A stretch of 28,690 nt of DNA, taken from positions 1 through 28,690 of the IMG/VR virus record IMGVR_UViG_3300025084_000159, one strand, 5' to 3'. Positions 16,943 through 27,345 of the stretch are shown in pieces. The notes under the pieces are model-generated. The model worked only from the letters and a program-made list of their open reading frames with translations. It did no database searches and was not told where the DNA came from. The position numbers were made by a program, and so were the translations under genes. Origin of the DNA: a virus (Duplodnaviria > Caudoviricetes). Position 1 is the first letter of the stretch, and every line of letters begins with the position of its first letter.

Positions 16943-18085
16943 ATGCACACTTCAATAGCAAATTATAGACCTTCAAATCACGAAAGAGACAAAGTTCGGG
17001 AATTGGTTCCGCAATATCTTCGTGATTCTGCAGCGAATCTTATTTCCTTTATGGAGGAATATTATAGCTATTTAAATCGTGAAGGATATGCTTCCTATGA
17101 GCTAGATCATATTATTGATGAAGGTGATATTGATGTAACATCTGAAAAATATTTAGATGCTATTCAAAGTGAAATTGCTAAGATCGTTCCTAATTCGAAT
17201 GTTGTTGATCGCAATACTCTATATAAAAGAATTGTTCACTATTATCGAATAAAAGGTACACCAGAAAGTGTTAGTGTTTTCTTTCAAATAATGTTTGATT
17301 CGTTAGTTGATGTTTATTATCCAGGAGACAACTTATTTAAACTTTCTGCAGGAACATTTAATGGTGAAGGTGTTAGTGGCGTCTATACAAAGGATTCAGG
17401 ATTTCTGTCAAATGCTGATAAAATTCAAGATTCGAACTTTTGGCAGGATTATAGTTATAGGATTAGAACTAATGTTGAAGCTTCAAGGTGGGAAAGCGCA
17501 TTCCAACGATTAGTACATCCGGCTGGTATGAAATTTTTTGTTTTAGTCGACATATTTGCTAATTCAAATAGCCGATGGGATAAGTTTGAAAAATACGAAC
17601 AAACACCCGATGACACTGAAGGATGGTTCGCGTCTTTAAGGCCTCCTAGACTTCGCGGTTTTGATTCATACGAAGGTTCACACACACCAAGATATCAACC
17701 AGGTTGGTTTTCAACATACATCAATGAGCAAATTATTTCAGTTGCAGAAAACTACTTTCCACTTTTTGGAAGGCCTAACGCTAATAACTTAAATCGTAGT
17801 ATTGGTATTAAAGCGAAGATGCAATATGTATCAACCAACTGGTCAAACCAAATTAACGCTGCTCATTATTACGAAAGAGGTTTTTGGGATGATCCAACAC
17901 AACTTTCTAAATTAAACATTTTTCAACAACCTCTTTCATCACTAATTAATGAATACCAGCAAGAATATGTAGCAAATAGACTTGACGCCGAAGAAGCACC
18001 GCAACCATCAGTTGAACTTAAATATCCAAAGGGCAGTGAAGTTTGTACCTTGGTTGGTGGTGTAGAAAATTGTGTACAAGAATAA
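16943..18085 (+). CDS. gp7: Compact gp7-like baseplate wedge protein
   Basis: FMEEYYSYL, YYRIKGTPES, IQDSNFWQDYSY and LVHPAGMKFF motifs. Lies between gp6 and gp8. Confidence 0.7.
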   Translation: MHTSIANYRPSNHERDKVRELVPQYLRDSAANLISFMEEYYSYLNREGYASYELDHIIDEGDIDVTSEKYLDAIQSEIAKIVPNSNVVDRNTLYKRIVHYYRIKGTPESVSVFFQIMFDSLVDVYYPGDNLFKLSAGTFNGEGVSGVYTKDSGFLSNADKIQDSNFWQDYSYRIRTNVEASRWESAFQRLVHPAGMKFFVLVDIFANSNSRWDKFEKYEQTPDDTEGWFASLRPPRLRGFDSYEGSHTPRYQPGWFSTYINEQIISVAENYFPLFGRPNANNLNRSIGIKAKMQYVSTNWSNQINAAHYYERGFWDDPTQLSKLNIFQQPLSSLINEYQQEYVANRLDAEEAPQPSVELKYPKGSEVCTLVGGVENCVQE

Positions 18086-18104
18086 AATATCCTTGCGTAA
18101 ACAT

Positions 18105-18112
18105 TATAAATA
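18105..18112 (+). promoter_or_regulatory. Late promoter TATAAATA for gp8
   Basis: Exact box in the intergenic gap, 20 nt before ATG 18133. Confidence 0.85.
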
Positions 18113-18132
18113 ACTTTAAATAGAAACAACTT

Positions 18133-19710
18133 ATGCCTGCAATTATTACAGACGATTTTCGTAGAAATCAAGCTAGACTTTTAGTGAACGATATAAAAGC
18201 TTCTGCTGATTCAAATTTTGATTCATCATCAGAAAACCCAAGCGCGACTTCCTGGCCATACAGAACTAATAACCGATATTCTATTGGTCTTGGTAAAGCT
18301 GATCCTTGGGAAGCTGATGCTAATGGCAATTTAGAAAGCACTACTGGATTCTCGCCGCCTTCACCAGAAGGAACAATTCAAGAAGATCATGATGTTATTT
18401 CAAATCTTTCAGTATTGAAAGACGTAGCAGCTACAGGTGTTAAACAGCTTATTGCAAAAAACCCATGGACACCAGGCCGAAAGTATAAGGTTTATGACGA
18501 AGCTGATGATGATATGTTTTATACCTCAGGCGATCTTTATCCTTGTGTAGTAACAAACAATAATAAAGTTTATCTTTGCCTTTCTAACACTGCTACAACA
18601 TCTAATTTTACTGCAGTGGCCGGTTCTACTACAGAACCAGCAGCTGCTTCCACTTATGGAGTTACTGCTAAAGGTGATGCGCAAGGTTATGTTTGGGCGC
18701 ACGTTGCTAATATTGATAGTAGTGATCCTCTTGTAACTAATCAGTTTGTTCCTATTAATAGTTCGCCTAATGTTCAGCCTGCTGAAAAACAAAAAACCGG
18801 TGGCCTTATTAGCCACATTGGAATTACGAATGGAGGAAGCGGATATAGCAACCCTCCACAAGTAGTTATCACAGCAGTTGATTATGATGGTGATGTGGTC
18901 GATACCGGTATCACTGCTCGAGCAATTGTAGACGGTGGGGCTGTTACTCGCATAGATTTGGTTGACGCGGACCAAAGTCCATACCCTGACGGTTCAGAAA
19001 GCTATTGGGATCACATTGATACCAATCATTTAAGTTCGCCCGTCGATATACCAGGTCGTGTTAAATATGTGACAGTTGCGATCGCTGCATCAAGTGGAAC
19101 ACGAGCAACAGCTCATGCTACTGTTGCGCCTGTAGATGGTTATGCTGCTAACGCAATCAATATTCTTCCAACATGGTTTGTTGGTCTTACAGCTGAGTTT
19201 GTAAATCAAGAAACTGACAATGATGCAGCAATTATTGATTTCAGACAGGTATCACTTCTAAAAAACTTTACAAGAGAGAATCCCACAGACAAAAACGAAA
19301 CTTCTGGTGCTACAGGTGAAAGTGTTTTGGATGCTCTTAAATATGTTAAGCTCACTGGTACACCAAGTGCTTCAGTTATTGATGGTCTTTCTCAAGGTGA
19401 TGTTCTTACGTGCGGATCTGCTAAGTTCTATTTTGATTATTACGATGCTGCTACAAAGAATCTTTACTATCACCAGAATTCAAATCCTGATGTTAATTTT
19501 ATTGATCCTCTACCAGTCACTGGAGTTCAATCAGGTTCGTCTACAATCGCAAGTACAGACACTGTAGGTACATACAGACCAGAGTATAACGCGTATGACT
19601 CTCCTCCGACTGGTATAACAAACGGTGAAGTTATTTTTCATGAGAATAGAGCACCATTCCAACGCGGATCTTCTCAAACTGAAGAAGTAAAGCTTATCAT
19701 ACAATTATAA
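18133..19710 (+). CDS. gp8: Baseplate wedge subunit gp8
   Basis: MPAIITDDFR, WTPGRKYKVYD, KVYLCLSN, GYVW, DFRQVSLLKN and terminal GEVIFHENRAPFQRGSSQTEEVKLIIQL, typical of gp8 in marine T4-like phages. Confidence 0.88.
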   Translation: MPAIITDDFRRNQARLLVNDIKASADSNFDSSSENPSATSWPYRTNNRYSIGLGKADPWEADANGNLESTTGFSPPSPEGTIQEDHDVISNLSVLKDVAATGVKQLIAKNPWTPGRKYKVYDEADDDMFYTSGDLYPCVVTNNNKVYLCLSNTATTSNFTAVAGSTTEPAAASTYGVTAKGDAQGYVWAHVANIDSSDPLVTNQFVPINSSPNVQPAEKQKTGGLISHIGITNGGSGYSNPPQVVITAVDYDGDVVDTGITARAIVDGGAVTRIDLVDADQSPYPDGSESYWDHIDTNHLSSPVDIPGRVKYVTVAIAASSGTRATAHATVAPVDGYAANAINILPTWFVGLTAEFVNQETDNDAAIIDFRQVSLLKNFTRENPTDKNETSGATGESVLDALKYVKLTGTPSASVIDGLSQGDVLTCGSAKFYFDYYDAATKNLYYHQNSNPDVNFIDPLPVTGVQSGSSTIASTDTVGTYRPEYNAYDSPPTGITNGEVIFHENRAPFQRGSSQTEEVKLIIQL

Positions 19711-19722
19711 TAAATAAATTTT

Positions 19723-22700
19723 ATGGCAATCACCACATATTCTGACACACCCCATTTTGATGATTTTGATCAAGATAATAAATATCTTCGCATCTTATTT
19801 CGTCCTGGGAGAAGCGTTCAAGTAAGAGAGCTTAACCAGCTTCAATCTAATATTCAAGATCAGATTGATAAATTTGGTCGTCACATATTTAAAGAAGGCG
19901 ACCGAGTTTTAGGAGGTTATACAACATATGATTCAAGTATTCGAAGAATTGGTGTTACTCTTGGTTCAGCTATTATAACTGCAGCAGAGCTCACTTCTCT
20001 GGCTGGTAAAGAGATAACCCTCGGCACCAAAAGAGCTAAGATCTTAAAAGCTGAAAAGATTACGGACAATGTTGATGGTTATTATTTTTATCTTAAACCA
20101 ATAGGGGGAGACGATTTTGATAATATTTCAAATAATAATGTTTTTGCTCTTTCAATTGATGGAGGTGGAAGTATCAATCTCAATGGTGTATCCAACTCTC
20201 CAATTACTGATACTGAAAATTTTGCTACATACAACGTAAATGTTGGTGGAACTAATAAAGGTGTTCTTGCTTATGCAGGTGGTGTTTTTCAAGATGAAGG
20301 TGTGTTTTTTATTAAAGGCCACTTTGTTCATACTGATGCTGCATCAGCTTTTTCTGTTAAAGCAGTCGATAATACTGGTGTTATTTCTAAGTTAAGTGGT
20401 TCTGCTGTGTTTGATATCACGGAAAGTGTTGTAACAAGTTCTGCAGATTCTTCACTTAATGATAACGCAAATGGCGAGCCAAATATTAATGCGCCCGGTG
20501 CGGATCGTTATAAAATTTCCCTCGATCTTAAGTTTATTCCTTTAGATGACGATAATGTTGAAAGTGGTCAGCAGCGTATTAACCTTCTTGATATTAAAGA
20601 AGATGGTGTTGTAAACCCTGCTCGTACTGAATATGGCGAGCTTGGTAAAGCACTTGCAGAAAGAACTCAAGAAGAAAGTGGTTCATATGTTCTTAATCCA
20701 TTTAAGAACGAAGTTCGTGAATACTTTAATGACTCTTCTGGTAACCGCGGTAAATATACAGCGGCTGAGATATTTAATGGATCAGAAGCAAACGCTCTTC
20801 TTCCAAATGTTACTGATACTGCAACTGCTACGACTGAGGGTAAGAAAAGATTTGTTGTAGGTGTTGAACCCGGAGTTGCATATGTCCAAGGTTATCGTGT
20901 AGAGCTTGAAGATAAACAGGATGTTGTTTGCGATAAAGGAAGAGAATCTTCTGATGAAGGAACTGAAACTAATTATAAGCTATCAACTAATCGTGGACAA
21001 TTTATTGAAGGATCACTTACTGATTCTAATGATGGTAATAATAACGCAGGAAAAATAGAAATTGCTGATGTTAATCTTTTTCAGTTTGCTCCGAATAAAC
21101 AATATAAACTTTTTAAAGCTGCTACTGGTTCTGACTCGAACGTGGTAATTGGCACTTGCAGAATTCATGCAATTGAAAATGGTCTTGATAACATTTCTAG
21201 CACACCGGCACCAACAGGAGCGCAAGCTTCTAAAAGGCTTTACATATTTGATATACAATTAATAGCCGGTAAAAAGCTTAAAGAAGCGAAAGCTCTTGCG
21301 TTAGATCCTAGTGCTACTGATGCTGAATCAAATACAGTTTTACAAAATAGCACCGGGTTTGAACTTAAAGATACTGGTGAAAATGCTTCGCGGATGGTGT
21401 ATCCTCTTGGAGGATACGATGTAAAAGAAATCAACGACACAAATTCAAAACGTATTGTTCAGAGACGTAAAGCGGCTACTCATGTTTCGGCCGGGGTTAT
21501 TACAATTGCCGCAGGAACCGGAGAAAATTTTATAAGTACAGATCCAGAAGATTATGTAATTGTTCAGGCTAATGCCGGAACTGATAGCACAGATGGCGAA
21601 ACATTCGCAAAGGATGTTACGATTAGTGGTACAACTGCCACAATTAAACTTAGGCGGGCAGGTGGAACAACTGCTCCTTCAAATACTGATGCTATTGTAG
21701 TTTTTTATCCTGCTGAAGTAAAAGCAGAACTAGGTGTTAAAACACAAACGTCTTCAACATATACAGAAACACGGACTTTAGGGCATGGCGATATTATTAC
21801 TTTGAATAAAGTGGATGTATATAGTATTACTGGTGTAACACACGATGGAAACGATTTGTTGCCTGTTTCTGATTTTGAATTGTTTAGCGGACAATCCGAC
21901 ACACATTATGGTTTTTCACAAGTTGTTTATAAAGGATCGCAAAGTTTAAAATCTGCAGCTGTAGTTGTTAGTTTTGATCATTATACTCATACAACATCTG
22001 GAGTATTTGCAGCTAATTCATACTATAAATCTAATGGTTCAACACTTGTTGATTTAGAAGATATTCCACAATATGAAGATCTTAAATTATCAAATTGTTT
22101 AGACTTTAGACAATCAATTGAAATTTCTACTGAAGGTGGAGAGACTAAACCAAATTCAATTACTAATGTCGATTTTACTTACTATAAAGCACGACGAGAT
22201 ATTATAGCTTTATCTCAGCTAGGTGAACTTAAATATGTAAAAGGTAACGCATCTCAAAATCCAATATATCCGTCAATACCTTCGGATTCTTTAATACTTT
22301 ACAGAATTGAAAAGCCAGGGTATTTATATTCGCTTGATGATTTGGAAATTGATGTAGCCAAAAATCGTAGATATACGATGAGTGATATTGGTGGTCTTGA
22401 ACAGCGTATTCACAATCTTGAATATTACACAGCATTATCACAATTAGAATCTGAAGCTACTGAAACACAAATCAACGATGGTGACGGTCTTCCAAGATTT
22501 AAAGGTGGTATTATTACTGATTCGTTTAGAGGACACGGCGTTGGAGATACTAATAGTTCTGGTTATCGCGCTGCAATTGATCGAGATAACTTTACAGCAC
22601 GTCCGATGTATCTTTCCGATAATGCTCGGTGGAGTTATATTAGCGGAATGGGTGGGAACGGAGAGCCTGTTAGTTCTTGGAACGGTGAGACCATTTCAAC

Positions 22701-25419
22701 TACATCATATTCTGGAAAACGTAAAAATTCTCTTACACTTGACTTTATTGAAAAGGTACTAGTTGATCAACCATATGCTTCAGATCACATTAGTGTTAAT
22801 CCTTATGATGTTGCAACTTGGAGCGGGAACCTTGAACTTTCACCATCTAGTGATGAATGGAAAGACGTTAATAATGTTCCTGAAATTATCACAAACATTG
22901 ACGGTGATAATAGCGCTGTTATACAACAGATTGCAAATGATCCAAACATATTAGGCACAGAGTGGAATGAATGGGAAAGTGAATGGTCACCAGCTCGGTG
23001 GTCATTCTGGAATAGAACGGGAAGAACAGATACGTTTAGCACAAGGACACGCGTTTCCCGAAGAAGGAGACGTATCGACACATTCCGTAGAGAATTGCGA
23101 GAAGGTATCCAAACATCTCTTGTAGAAAACTTCCAAAGAGAAGTAATTGATGATAGAGTATTGAATGTCACCTTTGTTCCATTTATTCGTTCTCGAAAGG
23201 TGCACTTTAAAGCAAGTATGCTTAAGCCGAATACTACTTTCTTCCTTTATTTTGATGATGTTAACATTACATCTTACGCTACTGACGATGAAGCATTTGT
23301 TCAATTCGGAGGTGAGGTTGCGGCCGTAGGAGGAACAGATGTTACAAGATACGAAGGCCTAGAAGGACCTGCTCTTATGTCACCAGGAGCTACACCGTCA
23401 ATTAACTCAGGAATAGTTTCAGATGATGCTGGTGAAGTTGATGGTTGGTTTGTTATTCCTAATAACGATGTTCTCAGGTTCCGTACAGGTTCACGACAAG
23501 TTCGACTCACCGACAGTGCACTTAATAACAGAGTTTTAGAACTTTCCTCGGCTGAAAGTACTTACCATGCTAAAGGATTATTAGAAACTCGTCAACAAAC
23601 AATTCTTTCAACGCGGCAGCTTGTATTAGAAAGAACACGTCTTCAAGAAAGAAGAAACGTGCTAATAAGTTCACGTGTGGTTCGTAGAGATCCTATTGCA
23701 CAAACATTTATGATTGGAAATGAGCCTACCGGCATTTTCCTTTCTTCAGTTGATATTTTCTTCCAAGAAAGAGATCCTAACTTACCTGTTGAACTGAGTA
23801 TTGTTTCGGTTGAGAATGGAATTCCTACACAAAAAACAATTCCATTCTCACGAGTAACTAAGCTTCCTGGAGCAGTCATTCCGAATGCTACTGCGGCATT
23901 GGCAACAAAGTTTATGTTTGATACACCAGTTTACTTACAGCCTGGTGTTGAATATGCTATCGTTCTAATATCAAATAGCGCAAGATACAGAGTATGGCAC
24001 GCTGAGGTTGGTGGCACAGATGTTGGAACAAATGCTGAAACTATTAATAAGAATGTCAATATGGGTGTTCTTCTTAAGAGTCAGAACGCATCAACATGGA
24101 CACCTGATCAAAATAAAGATCTTAAGTTTACACTAAACAGGGCTGATTTTAAAACCACTTCTCAGACAGGATTGTTCACAGGCCTTTCACCACAAAGAGG
24201 GCAAGTCACATACATTAATGTTACTAACGGAGGTTCTGGTTATCTTGGTGGTCCTCCTAAAATAACTATTGGAGGAGTAACAAGTGGAGGAGCTACAAGT
24301 GAAAATCAAGCAACTGCTAAAGCCTTTATTAAAAAAGGAGGAGTTATTGATTATATCGAAGTTGTAACAAACGGCGCTGGTTATACATCTATTCCTGATG
24401 TTGTTATTGCTGCTCCTAGTGAAATCAGTATTAAAGCTGATGATACAGGTGTTGATCATCCTAATAATAGAATCATTCTTCCTTCTAATGTCCTTGAAGC
24501 AGTTAACGGTCAACAATTTACCTATAAAAAGAATGGTGGAAACGAAATTGGTGGTTTAACGGACGGAGATACATACCACGCATTAACAGTTGACTCTAAT
24601 GGAAATGAAGTTTCTCACAGCCACCTAATTCAATTAAGAGCAGATAATAGTGGAAGCCCAGGGGCATTAATTACCTTAACCGATAATGGTGGAGCACCAC
24701 AAACCCTTCTTCCTGTTTCAACCGCAACGGCCGAAGCCCAAAGAGATGTTTGGAAAGCTTCTGCATATCTTCCTATTATTCAAGATATGCTTCTTCCTGA
24801 AGTAAGTGTTGATTATACATTAAATGATAGTGCAACTGATGCATATACAGTATTTCCCGGAGAATTGATTTATACAGGTAAGCGTGTTACACATGATTTT
24901 AATAGTGGACACGGTGAGTCTGGTATAGATCAGCTAAAACTTCAAGCGGAGCTTACTACAACCGATTCTAAAATTTCCCCGGTGGTCGATTTAGATCGTA
25001 TTTCCCTCGTTACATTTGATAATATTGTTAACGACTCAAACGAGTTTGAAACAACAGAAGATGACGGCCAATGTGCTGCAAGGTATATTACAAAGAGTGT
25101 TAAACTCGAAAATCCTTCTGATCAAGTTGATGTTTACTTTGATGCTGTTCGACCAGATGAATCTACATCGATTGAAGTTTATGCTAGATTTGGTGATAGA
25201 ACTTCTGGCAAATCTTTCGATGCTATTCCGTGGACTAAGATTGAAACAGATAGTATAGTTCCAGTGAGTTCTAACTATCAATTCGGTGAAGTACATTACG
25301 AAGGTTCATCTAATGATGGCGAAGAATTTGATCAAGTTGCTATTAAAATTCTGTTTAGATCTTCAAATCTGGCCTACGTCCCTGAAATTAAGAACCTTAG
25401 AATTATTGCATCTCTATAA
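19723..25419 (+). CDS. Large VrlC-like (DUF4815-type) baseplate/structural protein
   Basis: FDDFD...RILFRPGRSVQVRELNQLQS, APGADRYKI, LAERTQEESGSY, RRYTMSDIGGLEQRIHNLEYYTALSQLE, DPIAQTF, KSQNASTWT, LRIIA. 1898 aa, located after gp8. Confidence 0.88.
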   Translation: MAITTYSDTPHFDDFDQDNKYLRILFRPGRSVQVRELNQLQSNIQDQIDKFGRHIFKEGDRVLGGYTTYDSSIRRIGVTLGSAIITAAELTSLAGKEITLGTKRAKILKAEKITDNVDGYYFYLKPIGGDDFDNISNNNVFALSIDGGGSINLNGVSNSPITDTENFATYNVNVGGTNKGVLAYAGGVFQDEGVFFIKGHFVHTDAASAFSVKAVDNTGVISKLSGSAVFDITESVVTSSADSSLNDNANGEPNINAPGADRYKISLDLKFIPLDDDNVESGQQRINLLDIKEDGVVNPARTEYGELGKALAERTQEESGSYVLNPFKNEVREYFNDSSGNRGKYTAAEIFNGSEANALLPNVTDTATATTEGKKRFVVGVEPGVAYVQGYRVELEDKQDVVCDKGRESSDEGTETNYKLSTNRGQFIEGSLTDSNDGNNNAGKIEIADVNLFQFAPNKQYKLFKAATGSDSNVVIGTCRIHAIENGLDNISSTPAPTGAQASKRLYIFDIQLIAGKKLKEAKALALDPSATDAESNTVLQNSTGFELKDTGENASRMVYPLGGYDVKEINDTNSKRIVQRRKAATHVSAGVITIAAGTGENFISTDPEDYVIVQANAGTDSTDGETFAKDVTISGTTATIKLRRAGGTTAPSNTDAIVVFYPAEVKAELGVKTQTSSTYTETRTLGHGDIITLNKVDVYSITGVTHDGNDLLPVSDFELFSGQSDTHYGFSQVVYKGSQSLKSAAVVVSFDHYTHTTSGVFAANSYYKSNGSTLVDLEDIPQYEDLKLSNCLDFRQSIEISTEGGETKPNSITNVDFTYYKARRDIIALSQLGELKYVKGNASQNPIYPSIPSDSLILYRIEKPGYLYSLDDLEIDVAKNRRYTMSDIGGLEQRIHNLEYYTALSQLESEATETQINDGDGLPRFKGGIITDSFRGHGVGDTNSSGYRAAIDRDNFTARPMYLSDNARWSYISGMGGNGEPVSSWNGETISTTSYSGKRKNSLTLDFIEKVLVDQPYASDHISVNPYDVATWSGNLELSPSSDEWKDVNNVPEIITNIDGDNSAVIQQIANDPNILGTEWNEWESEWSPARWSFWNRTGRTDTFSTRTRVSRRRRRIDTFRRELREGIQTSLVENFQREVIDDRVLNVTFVPFIRSRKVHFKASMLKPNTTFFLYFDDVNITSYATDDEAFVQFGGEVAAVGGTDVTRYEGLEGPALMSPGATPSINSGIVSDDAGEVDGWFVIPNNDVLRFRTGSRQVRLTDSALNNRVLELSSAESTYHAKGLLETRQQTILSTRQLVLERTRLQERRNVLISSRVVRRDPIAQTFMIGNEPTGIFLSSVDIFFQERDPNLPVELSIVSVENGIPTQKTIPFSRVTKLPGAVIPNATAALATKFMFDTPVYLQPGVEYAIVLISNSARYRVWHAEVGGTDVGTNAETINKNVNMGVLLKSQNASTWTPDQNKDLKFTLNRADFKTTSQTGLFTGLSPQRGQVTYINVTNGGSGYLGGPPKITIGGVTSGGATSENQATAKAFIKKGGVIDYIEVVTNGAGYTSIPDVVIAAPSEISIKADDTGVDHPNNRIILPSNVLEAVNGQQFTYKKNGGNEIGGLTDGDTYHALTVDSNGNEVSHSHLIQLRADNSGSPGALITLTDNGGAPQTLLPVSTATAEAQRDVWKASAYLPIIQDMLLPEVSVDYTLNDSATDAYTVFPGELIYTGKRVTHDFNSGHGESGIDQLKLQAELTTTDSKISPVVDLDRISLVTFDNIVNDSNEFETTEDDGQCAARYITKSVKLENPSDQVDVYFDAVRPDESTSIEVYARFGDRTSGKSFDAIPWTKIETDSIVPVSSNYQFGEVHYEGSSNDGEEFDQVAIKILFRSSNLAYVPEIKNLRIIASL

Positions 25420-25607
25420 TGAAAAGCAAATTTATAAGAAAAAGTCGAGGAGTACTTATTAATAAAGATGAATCGGCTTATAATGCAAGAATGTCGGCAA
25501 AGAAAAATAGTCAAAAACAACAGTTTCAAGAAGAAGAAATAGAATCTCTAAAGACTGAAATTAGCGAGCTAAAACAAATACTTAACACTTTAATATTAGA
25601 TAAATAG
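25419..25607 (+). CDS. Small coiled-coil hypothetical protein
   Basis: 62 aa, coupled to the upstream gene by TAATG. C-terminal heptad EIESLKTEISELKQIL. Similar small ORFs commonly follow VrlC-like genes. Confidence 0.75.
   Translation: MKSKFIRKSRGVLINKDESAYNARMSAKKNSQKQQFQEEEIESLKTEISELKQILNTLILDK
25599..25606 (+). promoter_or_regulatory. Late promoter variant GATAAATA
   Basis: Context ATAAATAGTAA-N-ATG is identical to the gp25 promoter. Lies 5 nt before ATG 25612. Confidence 0.65.
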
Positions 25608-25611
25608 TAAC

Positions 25612-26565
25612 ATGGCAATGGATTCTACAAATTTTGATATATTTGACTCACCAGCGGGTGGTGTTGAACTTAGTGATAATCTAAACGATTGGAGAAAGAA
25701 GACGAACGGCATCATCGAAAAAATAACTTCTTTAGAGAATAAAGTTGATAATTCTAATGTTGCTAATAACTCAATTGGTCTTGGTAAGGTACAACAAGTA
25801 GCAGGCAATAAACTTTTAGGTAAGGTTGGATCGGGCAATGGCAATGTTGCACAGGTTGAAATTGATGTTACTGCATCAGGTCTTCAAGATTCTGATGATA
25901 CAATTCCTACATCTAAAGCTGTTAAAGATCATATTGAAGCTTACGTTGATAGTCTTAAATTTTCTAAAACATATAGACTGATTTCTGCCACCTCGGACAG
26001 AAGAACTGGCTTTCCAGGACATTCAGCCGACGAGCTGGCTGGTTGTGTTACTTCTACTACAGCCCTCTCTCCTTCTTCAGCAGGCCTTGGCGGCACCCTG
26101 GCAGCCGCGGGAATCTACGACAGTAGTAATACGGCTGCTCCATCATCATTAGATTGGGCAAACATTCTTCCAATGACATTCGCTTCTAATGTTGAAAAAA
26201 CAATTATGAGATGCCGTTGGAATTGGGATGTTGGAGGGGACAGTTCTGAAGAAATGACTTTCGGAACAATTGTTATTGATTGGGAAAATAATAAAGTCTT
26301 TGGATCTGCTATTTCGAATTATGAGAACGAAATGCACATTGTTTTGCCGCAAGCAACAATTTCATCTTCAGCTGCTGATTACGACTTTCAAGATTACGCT
26401 GTAGTGCCAAGCTATTCAATGGATATACGTATCGGTATTACCGGATCAACAAAAACAATTACTAAGTTGCCATGGGTGACGATGACAGGATCTAATAACG
26501 CAAGTTTACATCACTTTACTCCTGACGAAGCACAATACGAAATAGAAAACCACATCCGCGGATAA
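25612..26565 (+). CDS. Short fibre/whisker-like structural protein
   Basis: N-terminal SDNLNDWRKKTN attachment-type motif and coiled coil, fibre motifs ANNSIGLGKV and DDTIPTSKAVK, beta-rich C-terminal domain. Confidence 0.55.
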   Translation: MAMDSTNFDIFDSPAGGVELSDNLNDWRKKTNGIIEKITSLENKVDNSNVANNSIGLGKVQQVAGNKLLGKVGSGNGNVAQVEIDVTASGLQDSDDTIPTSKAVKDHIEAYVDSLKFSKTYRLISATSDRRTGFPGHSADELAGCVTSTTALSPSSAGLGGTLAAAGIYDSSNTAAPSSLDWANILPMTFASNVEKTIMRCRWNWDVGGDSSEEMTFGTIVIDWENNKVFGSAISNYENEMHIVLPQATISSSAADYDFQDYAVVPSYSMDIRIGITGSTKTITKLPWVTMTGSNNASLHHFTPDEAQYEIENHIRG

Positions 26566-26569
26566 TTAT

Positions 26570-26920
26570 ATGGCAACATTTTCAAACTTATTCATAGATC
26601 AAGGGTCGAACTTTAATACGACGATTGATCTATCCGATACTCCAGGTTTAATACTTACTAATTATACTGCTGCAGGTAAGGTTGCTAAATCATATGATGG
26701 ATCAACAAAGGCGACATTCACTGCATCTGTTGATAGTACGTCTAAGGTAGTAACTATTAACTTAACCGCACAACAAACTGCAGGGCTAAAACCTGGCCGG
26801 TATGTGTATGATATTATTATTGTGTCTCCTGATAATCCTTCTGTAATAACAAGGGTTTTAGAAGGGCAGATTGACGTTACACCTGGAGTCACGTTTGATT
26901 CTTCTGCTCCAGAAACATAA
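26570..26920 (+). CDS. Conserved small beta-sandwich virion protein
   Basis: NLFIDQGSNF...LTAQQTAGLKPGRYVYDI...TRVLEGQIDVTPGVT, a family frequent next to fibre genes of T4-like phages. Confidence 0.7.
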   Translation: MATFSNLFIDQGSNFNTTIDLSDTPGLILTNYTAAGKVAKSYDGSTKATFTASVDSTSKVVTINLTAQQTAGLKPGRYVYDIIIVSPDNPSVITRVLEGQIDVTPGVTFDSSAPET

Positions 26921-26927
26921 TATACTA

Positions 26928-27311
26928 ATGTCCATTAAAGCAAAGGTAACCACACAAAACACTATAAACGCTCAGGTTAATCCCGATAAAAAGATTATAC
27001 CTAAGCAAGTTTCGAGTGGTGGAGGAGGAGCTCCTCTTACCGATGGAGATGGAATAAGCGACGTAACATATACTGGAACTGCTCCGAAAACAATTTCTGT
27101 CGATGGTACTGTTCTTCGTACGACTGATGATACAGTTGTTAAAACTACAGGAGATCAAACGATTGAAGGAACAAAAACTTTCACTGACACTGGTTTAAAT
27201 CAGCTTAGCGATGTTACTATAACAAGCGTTGGCGAAGATGATTTAATAAAGTATAATGGGACCACATCAAAATTTATTAATAGCGATTCTATGGACGGTG
27301 GAAACTTTTAA
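26928..27311 (+). CDS. Small fibre-related protein
   Basis: ATG at 26928 (MSIKAKV). Fibre motifs TTGDQTIEGTKTF and LSDVTIT...LIKYN, terminal DGGNF. Confidence 0.65.
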   Translation: MSIKAKVTTQNTINAQVNPDKKIIPKQVSSGGGGAPLTDGDGISDVTYTGTAPKTISVDGTVLRTTDDTVVKTTGDQTIEGTKTFTDTGLNQLSDVTITSVGEDDLIKYNGTTSKFINSDSMDGGNF

Positions 27312-27314
27312 ATA

Positions 27315-27322
27315 TATAAATA
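27315..27322 (+). promoter_or_regulatory. Late promoter TATAAATA for the tail fibre gene
   Basis: Exact intergenic box 23 nt before ATG 27346. Confidence 0.85.
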
Positions 27323-27345
27323 GAAAAATATAACTTACAGAAACG

